A DNA stretch of 64,000 nt from Vermamoeba vermiformis (taxonomy: Eukaryota), in contig JBEWZL010000287.1 of NCBI GenBank assembly GCA_045837725.1, positions 62,001-126,000 of the forward strand. Direction: 5' to 3'. Every line of letters starts with the position of its first letter. Within the stretch, counting starts at the first letter, position 1. A model generated the notes under the pieces. It had not been told where the DNA came from and did no database searches. It saw only the letters and a list, made by a program, of their open reading frames with translations. Shown piece by piece: positions 13,158 to 24,630 of the stretch. A program made the position numbers and the translations under genes.

Positions 13158-14552
13158 CTACGTACGTGAAAACTCCCCAGAATACCCGGACAATCGCACT
13201 TCACTCTCCGTCACAGTGCCCGAGATTGTTGAAGGCTGAACGAACTGACTCCAAGCGCGACACACTTGTCTGCACATTGCACGATCAGTCTTGCCGAAGT
13301 AATCAGCAATCATAGCGACGAGTTCTGGGAGTTGAAGTGCGGACGGTGCTTGTGATTGGTAGATTTCACTCGGAGCTGCCATCGCTATCGTTGTTCGTGG
13401 TCTTGCTTCAGTTTTGTTCTTGAATAGCTTCATTAGCTCAATACGAACGTTCACTGAATCATTTGCAGGTTGGAATAACGAGAACGTGCCACCATATGTT
13501 AATATGACTTCAACTTTTGCTTGATGTTGTTCGAGAGTGAACTTGTAATGAAATGCACCGTGCTTGTAGAGCGTTAAATGCTTTTCTTTTATATTATCTT
13601 CATACGAGTAGCCTTCTCCTGCGTACCAATCCGTATAATGAAACTTTTCTTCGCTTTCTCTATGCAAAAAAGTCACGTGATCATCGTCACCAAAGAGGTT
13701 CGTCCACAAAATTTGATTTACTGACATTGGTGGTACTTGAATAATCTTTGAAAACTTCACGTTGAGTCTTTCAATGTTCATGTTAAACTCGTATCGTGCG
13801 CAAGGAACGAACGAAAAATCTGGATTTTCAATTCCTTTCGTTGTGGATGTAACGATTATTTCTTTGTTATAGTCAATATGATCGCTCGGCTCCAACATTT
13901 TCATGGTTGTGAAATATTCCGTATGAAGGATACTATTTTTGTCGAACGAGATCGCGAATTTTTTTCGCGCGATCATTTCTTCGAGATCCACGGTGCTTTC
14001 CTTTTCAATATCAAAATTTTGCCACATACATTTGACTTCTATAATTGGACCTTCTATTATAATGTCATTTTTGAGAGCTGGATTCTTCACTCGATAATAT
14101 TGTTGGCATTCCATTACTTCATCTATGCTGCCACAAGTTACAATTGAACCAATCGTCCATCTCTTTTCGCCTTTCCTTCGATGTTGTCCAAAAGGTGTCT
14201 CTATATATTTTTCTGGGTAAACGAGTTGCATGCTGGTGATAGAAAGATATTTCGCGATCGGCATCTGAAGTATTTTTGGCCAGCACTTCATTTCACAGTC
14301 AAATTTGTAGTCACTCGATTCAGATCTATATACTATAATATTAACTGTCTTGAGGTCTCCTTTCTTGAAGAAATAAGGAAGATTTTGTTCGCATCCGGAT
14401 TCGTCTCGAAGTTTCCACGACAAGGCATCTCTGTAATGCCGAGCTTCGAACGTGACGATAAAGTATTCGTAGTCTCTTGCCGCTTCTGGCATTTCATACG
14501 AGTGGGTCGTGCGCTTATCGCCCCATCCGCTTTTTAGGTAAACCATCAACAT
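13158..14552 (-). CDS. Uncharacterised 464-aa protein with C-terminal F-box-like motif (paralog 1), intronless CDS
   Basis: Long ORF. C-terminal LQLPELVAMIADYFGKTDRAMCRQVCRAWSQF. Collinear similarity to 15108-16529. Confidence 0.82.
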   Translation of the reverse strand: MLMVYLKSGWGDKRTTHSYEMPEAARDYEYFIVTFEARHYRDALSWKLRDESGCEQNLPYFFKKGDLKTVNIIVYRSESSDYKFDCEMKCWPKILQMPIAKYLSITSMQLVYPEKYIETPFGQHRRKGEKRWTIGSIVTCGSIDEVMECQQYYRVKNPALKNDIIIEGPIIEVKCMWQNFDIEKESTVDLEEMIARKKFAISFDKNSILHTEYFTTMKMLEPSDHIDYNKEIIVTSTTKGIENPDFSFVPCARYEFNMNIERLNVKFSKIIQVPPMSVNQILWTNLFGDDDHVTFLHRESEEKFHYTDWYAGEGYSYEDNIKEKHLTLYKHGAFHYKFTLEQHQAKVEVILTYGGTFSLFQPANDSVNVRIELMKLFKNKTEARPRTTIAMAAPSEIYQSQAPSALQLPELVAMIADYFGKTDRAMCRQVCRAWSQFVQPSTISGTVTESEVRLSGYSGEFSRT

Positions 14553-14776
14553 CCTGAGTCAAAAAAATCAGATTATAATTCGAATGATAACGGCACTAAT
14601 ATATTATTATTTTCTTTCGCACAAAAAGTAAAAAATGAATGAAAAGGGGGTTTAAAAATTAATTTTACAATCTGAAACCGCAAGATTACCTTTGTTTGGT
14701 CTAATAATATACGAAGGAAGCGTTGTAACAATATAATACGTGTCTTGACGTCAACACGTTCAATTTAATGCAAGTA

Positions 14777-14845
14777 AGCTTCTAGAACCAACTCCTAGAA
14801 TATTCGACTTAATCTATTCATAGCTCTCATCGAATGTTCTAAGAC
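14777..14845. promoter_or_regulatory. Cluster of heat-shock-element-like nTTCnnGAAn / nGAAnnTTCn units upstream of paralog 1
   Basis: ttctagaac, agaatattcg and cgaatgttct lie within about 70 bp, just upstream of a putative 5'UTR exon with a donor near 14689. Confidence 0.4.
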
Positions 14846-15107
14846 TTGCAAAGGTTTTGAAATGCCTGTGCTATGGCAACTCACGTAATTCGGGTCAGTG
14901 CTCATGTAATTGTGCATTCAAAGCAAAAATTAACGACTAAAAAACCGGTCAAAGTCGTTATTCACGCCATAACAGTAATACCACCTGTCCCAATTCGTCT
15001 TTATATATTAATTCAAAGAGAAAACCATACAATAAAGTGGACTGTAACAGCGAAATTTGTAGACGTGCACGCACAAAAACTTTCCACAAAGGGGTAAATA
15101 AACTGAT

Positions 15108-16529
15108 TTATTGGCGTTCAAGATCAACTCCAAATATGCGTACTGATTTACTCGTAATGGTGCCAGCAATAGTTGGTTGAATTGCTTGACACCACGTTTT
15201 TGACACAAGCCGGCTGCGCTTCAGTTGCTCGTTGTATGAGTTTTTAGCGATGCTTTGGACATCATTGTAAGCGTTATTGACTATTGTTTTAATGACTTCT
15301 GGTAGTTGTAGTAGCTCTGGCATCAACGGTGATAAACTTTTGCTGTCAATTGGCGACAACATTGCAGTTGGTTTAGGCTGAGTTTTGTTCTTACATAGCT
15401 TTAGGAAATCGATTCTTATAATCTCTGAATTCAATCTTGATAGCGCAAAGCTTCCAGCAAAGCTAGAAAGTTTTTCCGGTTGATCCGGACTGAACGGCTG
15501 AGAGTGGAACTTGTAATAAAAAACGCCATTTTTGTACAGCGTTAAATAAGTATTTTCTACTCCTGTTTGGGCCCAGACGCTCGCTCCTGCACGAAAGTCA
15601 GTCCAATGAGTGCCTAGTGTCGAGTTATGTCTATGAAATGTCACGCGATCCGCAGTACCGAAGAGATCCGTCCATAAAATAGTATCAATCGAAGCGACAT
15701 GTGGGACTTGTATCATTTTTGAATATGATATGTTGAGCTTCTCAATACTTAATTTGAGTCTGTAACGTTCTCCCGGTATTAGCACCAGCTCTTGAACTTC
15801 GAGTCCTTGATTGGACTTCACCACAATTTCATTTGCATTATCTGTTGGTAGTTCATACGGTCGTATTGTTGCTGTATATTTTGTATTGTAAAGACTTTTC
15901 TCGTTGAATGAGATTGAGAGATGCTTGTTCACTATGATATCTTCGTAATCAATAAAACAATCTTTGTCGATGTCAAACTTGTCCGACATGCACGTGACTT
16001 CCAAAATAGGACTCTCGATTATAGTGCCATCAATCAACTGATAATAACCTTGACATTCATGAACGGTGTTGAGACTGTCAAAAGTGACAAGCGCTCCGTC
16101 GGCGATTTTCCATTCTTGTTCACCTTTTCTTCGTGTTCGTGTTAGCGGATGCTCATTGCATGTTTCAGACGGTGAAATTTCAATGGTTGTGATGGAGTAG
16201 TACTTCGCGATCGGCAGCTGTAGATCTTTTGGCCAGCATTTCAGTGAACATTCGTATCTGTAGTCACTTTGGCTCTGAGAACCATAAACTATGATAGAGA
16301 ACTTGCTGACATTTAGACGGCGATCGATATCGCCTTGCTTGAAGAAATACGGCAGATCATGGTCGAATCCGGATTTGTCTCGCAGTTTCCAAGACAACGT
16401 ATCCTGATAATGCCGTGCCTCAAACGTGATCATACAATAATAATGTTTTTGGTCCTTATTAGGCAATTCAATTGCGTGAGAGTTGCGAGCACTGCTGCCC
16501 CAACCGCTGGCCAAAGCAGATACGAACAT
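15108..16529 (-). CDS. Uncharacterised 473-aa protein with C-terminal F-box-like motif (paralog 2), intronless CDS
   Basis: Shares SGWG, TFEARHY.D.LSWKLRD.SG, LPYFFK.GD, KCWPK.LQ.PIAKY and ILWT.LFG with paralog 1. C-terminal LQLPEVIKTI...RSRLVSKTWCQAIQP. Confidence 0.82.
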   Translation of the reverse strand: MFVSALASGWGSSARNSHAIELPNKDQKHYYCMITFEARHYQDTLSWKLRDKSGFDHDLPYFFKQGDIDRRLNVSKFSIIVYGSQSQSDYRYECSLKCWPKDLQLPIAKYYSITTIEISPSETCNEHPLTRTRRKGEQEWKIADGALVTFDSLNTVHECQGYYQLIDGTIIESPILEVTCMSDKFDIDKDCFIDYEDIIVNKHLSISFNEKSLYNTKYTATIRPYELPTDNANEIVVKSNQGLEVQELVLIPGERYRLKLSIEKLNISYSKMIQVPHVASIDTILWTDLFGTADRVTFHRHNSTLGTHWTDFRAGASVWAQTGVENTYLTLYKNGVFYYKFHSQPFSPDQPEKLSSFAGSFALSRLNSEIIRIDFLKLCKNKTQPKPTAMLSPIDSKSLSPLMPELLQLPEVIKTIVNNAYNDVQSIAKNSYNEQLKRSRLVSKTWCQAIQPTIAGTITSKSVRIFGVDLERQ

Positions 16530-16643
16530 TTCTATATTAATCGTTAAAAATTTGGAAAATAAATAATAATAATAACAAATAATAAATATCCGTAATTAAT
16601 TAATATTGGTTGAAGCAAATCAATTAATAGCGTTTGTAAAATA

Positions 16644-17168
16644 GGTCCCGTTACGTTCTCTGACCGTCTGACTCTGACTGACTTGTTTTCACAAATTAAT
16701 TGAATTTTTTCAGTCAGAATTCGTAACAGCCCAATTAATTGCAACTTGCTGTTGTTACGAATTCTGACTGACCCAAGAAATACAACTTGGCTCAAAATGT
16801 GATAAATCGTTGTGTGACAATACGATTTAATATTCATTAGTTAATGCTTGCAAATTGCAAAAGGAGTGGGAAAGGATGAGGTCAACAAGCCAAATCCGCT
16901 TCCCAGAGCCTGCGTGCTGTGGCGCCTTAATAGAAATGAGTGCCTCAGTGCTCTTAATGATATATATATCAAAAATATTACATTGATGGTCACACTAATT
17001 GTACGGCAATCTGATCTGCTCCAATTAATTGGCAAAATTAATTTAGTCTGACCGAAAACTCAAAAAAATTCAAGTCAGTCTGATTTTGTCACACGATTAT
17101 TGTTTTTTTCATAAGTCCGAACGGTCAGAGTCAGTCAGAGTCAGACGGTCAGAGAACGTAACGGGACC
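16644..17168. mobile_element. Non-autonomous TIR element (MITE), GG...CC termini, 8-bp TSD (Merlin- or MULE-like)
   Basis: About 40-bp TIR ggtcccgttacgttctctgaccgtctgactctgactgact with its reverse complement ending at 17168. Flanking direct repeat gtaaaata at 16636-16643 and 17169-17176. Internal tctgac repeats. Confidence 0.9.
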
Positions 17169-17586
17169 GTAAAATATTTCACTTACAAAATAATTAGTTG
17201 TTCTTTCCTGTACCTTTGATCAACTCACTTAGCACAGCGCAGATATGAACATTTTATCGACTTTACTAACGTGTTGTGAGCGCCTTGCAGTTGGTTGGAG
17301 TGAATCATTCCTTGAACCGAATTGAAATGATTGACGCCTTGGAATAAAATAAGAAACTTTTCCTAGTTAAGATTTACCTTACATTTCGATAATTGAATAT
17401 CACGCCATACGTGCTGTGCTGCTCCGAAATAACTGCGCAACAAACAAATGTAAGGTTTCGGATTCGACCGAGGAACTGGTGTTTTGAGATGAAAATGCCA
17501 CACCAACACCACAAAAATCATTTTTACCTCGGCAACGATGATGTAAGTGCTATTTATTTTTTGTGTGAATACAAAGTACGAACATT

Positions 17587-18835
17587 TTAATTACTAGCAC
17601 CCTCGCCCAACAAGAGTTCAGCCTGACCATTGCTTAACTGCGGCACTTCTCGTTTAATGGCACGTCGTTTTGAAGTATCATCGTAACGACGTTGCAACAT
17701 GTGCTCGAGGTCAAGGTATCGCTCGTCATCAAGCTTCATCGTCTTTTGTTTCTTGGCATAGGCTTTTTCAATTTTTTCACAGATGTCGTCTTCGTACTGG
17801 ATCCAGATATCCTGTTGTGCGTTCTTAGAACTATCGCCATTCCAATACCAAATTCCCTTCACATTTGCATTCGTATTGTTGTTATTATTGTTGATTTCTG
17901 TTTTGCGACGCTTTCTCAACGGCGATTCTTCTTCATCAACGATCTACAAACAAGTTCAATTAATCATAAACGAACTTAAAAAACGAGTAATGAGGTCTAT
18001 ATATAAGTTATAATTATTACCTCATCTTCTTCACGACCACGCTTCTTGTTGTTATTATTTGGACTGGCAGCCAATGCGGGCTCGCCTTTGTTAGCAGCTG
18101 CAATATCTTCTGCCTTCTTTTTCGTCAAATACTCGGTCACTATCTTGCGCGCATCGTTGTTGATCACATATTCTGATTTAACGGAAAAATAATCAATCTC
18201 GACGAACTTTACGGTTTAGAGACAATTTAATTTAAGACTTACCGACATAATTTGAATAATTAGGTGTCATAGTGAGGAATTGTATGAATTCTAACGCATC
18301 AGCATTGTTATCGGTCAAAACGTGCTCGTCTAATTTAATAGCAGCGAGGTTGGGTCCGTGATACTTTTTCTTAAATAAAGTCCACAAACTGCCATCTAAA
18401 ATGAAAATTAGCTATTAATATCTATTAAGGTATTTATGGTGTTGCTTACCGATCAAAACAAGATCTTTTAGCAATTTTAAGGCAGATTTGTTGAAGTCGG
18501 TTACTTTGTGCTTTTTCCAAATCCATCCTGAAACGATTAATTAAATACAAATATAATCAAATAATTTTTAGGATACCATATAATTAATTAAACATTTTAT
18601 CGATATTTTTTCGAAGAAGAAAAAAGGTACCTTCGGTTTTCAACGAGCCGGCAGCGTAAATAAGAGCCTGAAGCAACCTAAATTTAGAACCATCTTGATT
18701 ATCTGAATTCCCGAAGGTAAGCGATTCATAATTCTTCTCGATCTCGGCGCAGATGGAGCTAGCGCTGTCCTTCAGCGACATCAACTGGTCAATGTAGTAG
18801 ACGGTAGTACCAAGAGGAAATTTTTTGGAAGCCAT
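17587..18835 (-). CDS. WWE-domain protein, multi-exon
   Basis: WYWNGD...WIQYEDDICEKIEKAYAKKQ...YLDLEHMLQRR...KRRAIKR fits the WWE pattern. Basic NLS-like KKRGR/RKRRK. Upstream exons splice in frame. Confidence 0.8.
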
Positions 18836-18933
18836 TTGAGGTGTTGTGTTTTCTGTGTGTAAGCTGAAAATAAACGGACTCGCTTAGGGACAAAAATGGT
18901 TCCGGTTTTTCCTGGTATAATTTATTTTTTGTT

Positions 18934-21608
18934 TGTCACAGGGGAAAAACTCCACGACAAAATAAATAAAGTAAAAATTATTCGTGACCCCCTCGTGCCA
19001 TTTTTATTTCAATAGTCAATATAGATATTACTATAATAAACTAATATTGGAGTATATTTAATTTTTGTTTATTTAATTTTACAGGTCAGAATGGGAATCG
19101 TATCTGCCGAAAAAAAATCTCCACGATAACTTTTGCTCATTAACACAGCAAAGGACATCAGTATTATATTGATTATTGCATGTATTAAGTATAATGCGTC
19201 GCTTACTTGTTATTGATGCGGGTGTTGGTCAGATCCTAACCAGATTAAGAGTACGGAACAATGTGCCGGCTTATGATTTTGCTAATAAAAAATGATGTAG
19301 GAAATAACGTGTGTGGCTCATTACTGTTCGAATGATCATGAAATGAACTGGAGCAAAAATCAGGGCTGTTCGCGCGCATAATAAAGTTGATAATTCAAAC
19401 CAAAATTCCGGTTTCGTTGTTTCTAATCCTATCAAATACAATTCGCTTGATGACCACATGTCTTCATCGACATTTATATAATATTTAAATGCATATTTAT
19501 TGTTAGATATCAATTTATGCAATGCAGATGCACGAGACAACAATATTCAAATTAAAATAAATTGGCCACGAATAAAATATTAGGCAAGCAGCTCTACCAC
19601 ACTTTGACGAGCTGTACGTGTTCGAGGTTGCAGATTTTCTCCGGAACAGGCCAGCGACCAGTAGTAAGATGCTGATCGCTTCGTACCAGTAGCGGTAGGT
19701 GCTGGCAATACTGGAGTGGTAATTTTTGTTGGCTCACTGATAGTGATTGTACTAACACGAGGCTTCTTTGTAGGTTGTTTGTCGGGAAGGTCAGCTGCGG
19801 ATGCTTTTCGTTTTTGAGCGCGCTTCTTCTTTGTTGGAGCTGGCTCTTGAAATTCCTTCAGCTGCTTTGGTGCCATATTGTAAGCATCTTCTTTAATCTT
19901 CTCCTTGATCTCATTAATGATTTTGGTAAATGCAGAGCCTTCACGAATGAAAAATGGCTCGATGCGATCAACTTGAACTTGAACAAGTTGTCCTGAATGG
20001 TCACCTGAAACAAAGGTTGCAGTGTACTGATTTTCGCTGAAGGCTTGAACAATCACTGAAGGTATTTTCTTCATTTCTTTTGAAAAATTAGATCGGTGGC
20101 CAAGATCAACTAACACCAAGTCTCCCGATTCATAGACACGGACATTGTTGTTTTTCTCGTGCCGTTTAATCTCTCGACCTGCTTTTTCTTCTGCACAAGC
20201 AACAGCCTCTCGGAGAACTCGTTTGGCATAGTCGATGCGCTTTTGAACTTCGGCATCACCTGCAGCGGTAAGTTAAACAATGTCAACCAATGACTCATAC
20301 TTACCATTAGCATCCATTTTCAGGTACCTAGTCCCTCTGAATACTTCTTGTGGAGTTCGCCCGATTGTAGAGTGGAACGTCGCGTTGTACTTTTCGCAAG
20401 CAGTGATAGCAGCAGCTGACCACTCAGCTCCGAGTTTGCCCCCTATTAGCTTCCTCAAAATGCCCTTGTAGGATGCATTGAGTCGCTCGATTTGACCATT
20501 TGTTTGTGGATGCTTAGGGCGCGAGTGACGAGCTTCGATGTCAAGAAGGCGTAAGTACTCTTTGACGATGTCAGCAATGAATTCCTTTCCGTTGTCACAC
20601 TGTAGGATAGTAGGATAGCCATTTGACGAGAATATTTCATACAGGGCTAGAGTGACTGGTGCAGCGTGCTTTGTTTTGAAAGTTTTGGTCCACGCAAACT
20701 TGGTGCAGCAGTCAACGACAGTCAAGATGTAGCGATCTCCAGTTGTTGGATCACTATGATCCATCTCAGTGAAGTCAATCTCTACCCGCTCAAGTGGTTC
20801 ACGAGCAATGATTGGACGAAGAGGTGGCTTGGGAATATTGCGTCGAGTCTTTATCTGCTGACACCTCTCACACGTGCGACAGTACTCTTCAGCGTCCCCA
20901 TACATTCCATTCCACCACCACTCTCCAGAGAGAGCATAGACAGTGGCATCACGGCCTTCAAAAGTTAGTAACGGTCACTTCCTTTTTTGGATCTTACCGA
21001 GATGAGTCCCAAGTTCTCCTTCACCATGGTATGCACCAATCAGTTCTTCTTTTGTCTGGTAATCAAATTTGCCTTCTACAAACACTTGGCGTAGCCCTGT
21101 GTCTGTATCCACGTTACAATAAATTTGTACCGGATCAAATCTGGATTTATTTACCATTCGGTGAGCGAGGCGGCTTTGTTTTTGTGAACTTAATTTGCTT
21201 ATACAGAATACCATTGATTAATTTATACTTTTTAGAGGCATCCTTCAAGTAGCGACGTGCATGACGATTCTTTTGCCCGCGCAACGAATCTGGCCAGATC
21301 ACATGAGTAGCAAGGTTCAGGGCTACTTGAATGATTGCAACAAGTCCCACCCAGGTATCAATGTCCATTTGTGTTAGTGTGTTGATAAAAATCTCAAAAC
21401 TGGCGGCAAAAATTTCGGCGCGCAATTTTTTTTCGGATCGACCCCAACGGCAACTTTACTAATAAGCAATTAAATGACCTCTGTTTATCATTAAATATTT
21501 CTTTATTGTACATACATTGTATGACATAAATACTAACTGTCACTTTGCCCATAGGACGTGGCCAGATCAAGTTTATAAATTTTATCGTGGAGTTTTTCCC
21601 CTGTGACA
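18934..21608 (-). mobile_element. Ginger/Tdd-like DNA transposon (gypsy-type integrase between TIRs), apparently intact
   Basis: TIR tgtcacaggggaaaaactccacga (24 bp perfect, about 37 bp imperfect) at both ends. TGT...ACA termini. Flanking tttgtt at 18928-18933 and 21609-21614. No RT, gag or LTR. Confidence 0.92.
19580..21368 (-). CDS. Retroviral-like DDE integrase/transposase with three introns
   Basis: Spliced product has a YPYY-like N-terminus, H2C2 finger (YH..THLG..CRTCERCQ), IDFT / DNG / QIER with D35E spacing, and a GPY/F-like C-terminal domain (YESGDLVLV). Introns near 21103-21154, 20956-20997 and 20261-20303. Confidence 0.92.
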
Positions 21609-22089
21609 TTTGTTACAGAAACAAGGTGCAGCGCGTTGCTCTTTTTCGACATACTTGGTTCGTTAAATATGATGCACCTGTATGCAGTAAAGGTAACAAA
21701 ATTACTCAGTGGATTGACGATCAGAATTTTTGCAAACCAAGAACCACCAAAAAATCCGAAAAAATATTATATTATTACCAATAATTTTCGTATTAGGAAT
21801 ATCGGTCATTATGTGATGACAAATTAAGTAATTTTGTTTTTCAGATTCGGAAGATTTTGTTCTCACGCAGCACCTACCCTTTTGCAACACGAATCTAGCC
21901 AAAGAATTATTACCACCCTTATCAGCGATCAACCGTGCACCACACTTGGCGGAATAGTTGAACAGTGCCCTGACATAATCGGAGGTGTGGTGCACGGCCG
22001 TATGAATATCCCAGTTAGGTCAAATTGTACACCTAGTTGTGTATTTTAATCTAATCATGGTTTATTACCAGCGAAAAATGAAGGACTCG

Positions 22090-22285
22090 CTATTGTGAGT
22101 CACATATTTGAACGAAAGAGTGGCTTCGCTGATCAACGTACGCCGGAGCACCAGGCGGAATATTGAAGTACAAATGACTGCCATCGAACCACCCAAGCGC
22201 AATAGCGGTGAAGTGGAAGGAAGTTGTCAATGGCACAGGAGCTTGACAAGATCATCGAAGTCAAATGCAATGCAAAATCCTTCCC
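22090..22285 (-). pseudogene. Degenerate 3' fragment of secreted family type A
   Basis: Minus strand reads GFCIAFDFDD [insertion] DGSHLYFNIPPGAPAYVDQRSHSFVQICDSQ*, matching the C-termini of the genes at 22449 and 24631. Confidence 0.7.
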
Positions 22286-22448
22286 GAACAATCGATCTCC
22301 CAAGAGTTGGTCGAAGAAGTCATGGTGCCAAGTACGAATATCCTCACGTAAGTCAATTACCTTTTTTAAAATAGTAGCAAAAAGAGCCTTTATAACGATC
22401 TCGAGAACGTGATTACAAACGATAATTGCATTAAATTTCTTCCAACGA

Positions 22449-23150
22449 TTAAGCAGGTACCTCGCAGTTAGTTGTTATTATACACGTATTTGTGCCCACA
22501 GAAGCTCTCGGACCAGGAGGTACATTAAAGTAGAGGTGAGTGCCATCAGAGAAGTCGAATGCAAACCAAAAGCCTTTTGAACGCAATTCCAAACTGAAGC
22601 CTCCGAAACTAGAAGACTCACTAACACAGTCAGTTTCATCAGAGTATTTCACTTGTTGCCCGCTATATAGGTCGTAAGGGGGCAAATCACTCCAAAAATC
22701 GGCGTAGCTCACCGAAACATTAAATTTCATCGAAGAGTCATCAGTAGTTCCTGCAACCAGGGGTCAGCACAGTAAGTATAATTAATTTTGCGTACCGTTC
22801 ATAACAACATCCTGCATAGTCGCCCAATACAAGTCTGGTGATATTCTGAGGCTAAAATCGGAAGGTATTCCGGTTGCAGTAAACGGATACAAAATGCCAG
22901 TCCACGAGTCGTACAATCGGGAAGCAAAGCTTGCACTCTTATAATCAAGCGAAGGTTGTGATTGCAGTACCACGCTAAAGCCTCCTTCTAACAGTAGAAT
23001 CCACCGGTGTTGTTGATTATCAGTTACGTTTACTCGGTCCAACGGGAATATCAAATTGTTTACGAAGTGGGAAAAAGAGTCTGGATCGCATGGTTGAGCG
23101 AAGGACGGGGAGAGCCCCAAAATAATAAAGGTGAGAAGAATGAGTTGCAT
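22449..23150 (-). CDS. Small secreted protein, type A copy 1 (one intron)
   Basis: Signal peptide MQLILLTFIILGLSPSFA. Shares DNQQHRW, DSWTG, LRIS.D, SYADFW and KGFW.AF.F.DG..LYFNVPPG with A2. Confidence 0.85.
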
Positions 23151-23568
23151 TTCTTATCTGAACACTAATAAAGTTTATCCAGCTTTATATGATTGCGTTT
23201 ACTGCTTCTAAATCAGGTTATGTACCACAACGCTCGACAAGTTAACAAGATCGCTCGTGTTTTTCGGGTGATTTTAATTTTCGGCGCTTGGAACAACCAC
23301 AATACGACTTTGGAACAATATTTAATTTCAATGCGTATTCAATTGTGCATCAGCTATTATCGCTCATGACGTAAGCCGAGAATTTTTTCGTGAAATCTAA
23401 TCCAAAAAAATTCATTTTCTTTTGCTTTATAGCAAGATACATACTTCTAAAATATCACCGCGAATTTTTGCGCATTTTTAAATGTAAATTAACGTTGCAA
23501 GATAGAAAACCGGATGCGCGTGCCTTTCTTTTCCCACGCCCTGTTCCGACCACAACAATTCTTTACAA

Positions 23569-24405
23569 ATGAAATTGCATTTTATCGTTGTGTTATTGTT
23601 GCTGCTTCATTTCCGTGATTGTTCTTGTAACAATGCAGACCCCTGTTCCGATCCGTCAAATCAACGCGTGAGAGTTCCCTTCAGAACTGTAGACACCATT
23701 TCCTCATCCCTACAAACTCCTATCTTTCAAGGCGCAGAACTTGATGACAGCACCAACTGTTTTTGGATTGACCTGGAAGACTTAGCGATCCATCAAGAGG
23801 AAAACAGTAAGAATTATCAGAAAGAAATGATTAATCGTTTGTTCAAACTTACAGATATACAAACTAGGTAGAAGGTTGCCGGCAACTCAAGTTGACTTTC
23901 GAGGCCGGTTAAGCAACCGGTGTGATAATGGACTTCAATTGTTTCGAGCGCCTTTGCAGGCCAGCGAAACCACAAACGATCTTTTGCTAAGTTTTCCGTC
24001 ACCTGTAACAGGATCCCTGCACATGAATTCTTTGTCTTTACAAGGTACTTTGATGTACGCAAAAACTTTCATTAACGCGTTGTTTAAGGTTTTGTGAGCA
24101 ACGGAACTTACTCATGGGCACTCAATATCACGACAGACTCAGCTCTATTTAGTCCCAACAACACTAAGCCACCTAATACGGGAAGGCTTGACGATCTATT
24201 TCAACTAAACCCACCTTGTTCGGTTCGTTCAAGATCCGACGGTTTTTATCGCAACACTCTCTATTCGCCTGACTTTCGATTCTACGTACAAATAGAGGAC
24301 GGAACATCTTTAACATTTACTTTTCCCGCTGGCGTACGCAGTGCAGGAGGACAAAACCGAATTAATTTTTATTACCAGAACTGCGAATGTGTAGAGCAGC
24401 CATAG
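23569..24405 (+). CDS. Small secreted protein, type B copy 1 (two introns)
   Basis: Signal peptide. Shares RDC.CNN.DPCS.P.N, DSTNC, PC.VR.R.D and DGT.L.FTFP.G with B2. Confidence 0.85.
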
Positions 24406-24630
24406 TGCAAATCTGACTTTTTAAGTCCCCTTGTTACCAAATAAAAATTTTTATGTCCTTCGAAATCGAACTTTCCTGTGCGGAAGACGTTTTTAAGCCC
24501 GTGCTTCTGCGTCTATTTCAAATTATTAAAAAAATTTCGCGTGCAGATCTTTCTTGTGCAGTACCGGTTGTTAACATTGTTTAATGTTAATGGTAGATGA
24601 GTCACTAAAGTGTATTTATTGAACGATACA

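Noticed and set aside
18934-21608. LTR retrotransposon or Polinton interpretation of the integrase
   Set aside because: No gag, protease, RT, polB or capsid genes. The ends are inverted repeats and the ORF has introns.
21615-22085. Possible spliced gene right of the transposon
   Set aside because: Splice-like signals exist but every frame I tried hits stops and shows no recognisable homology.
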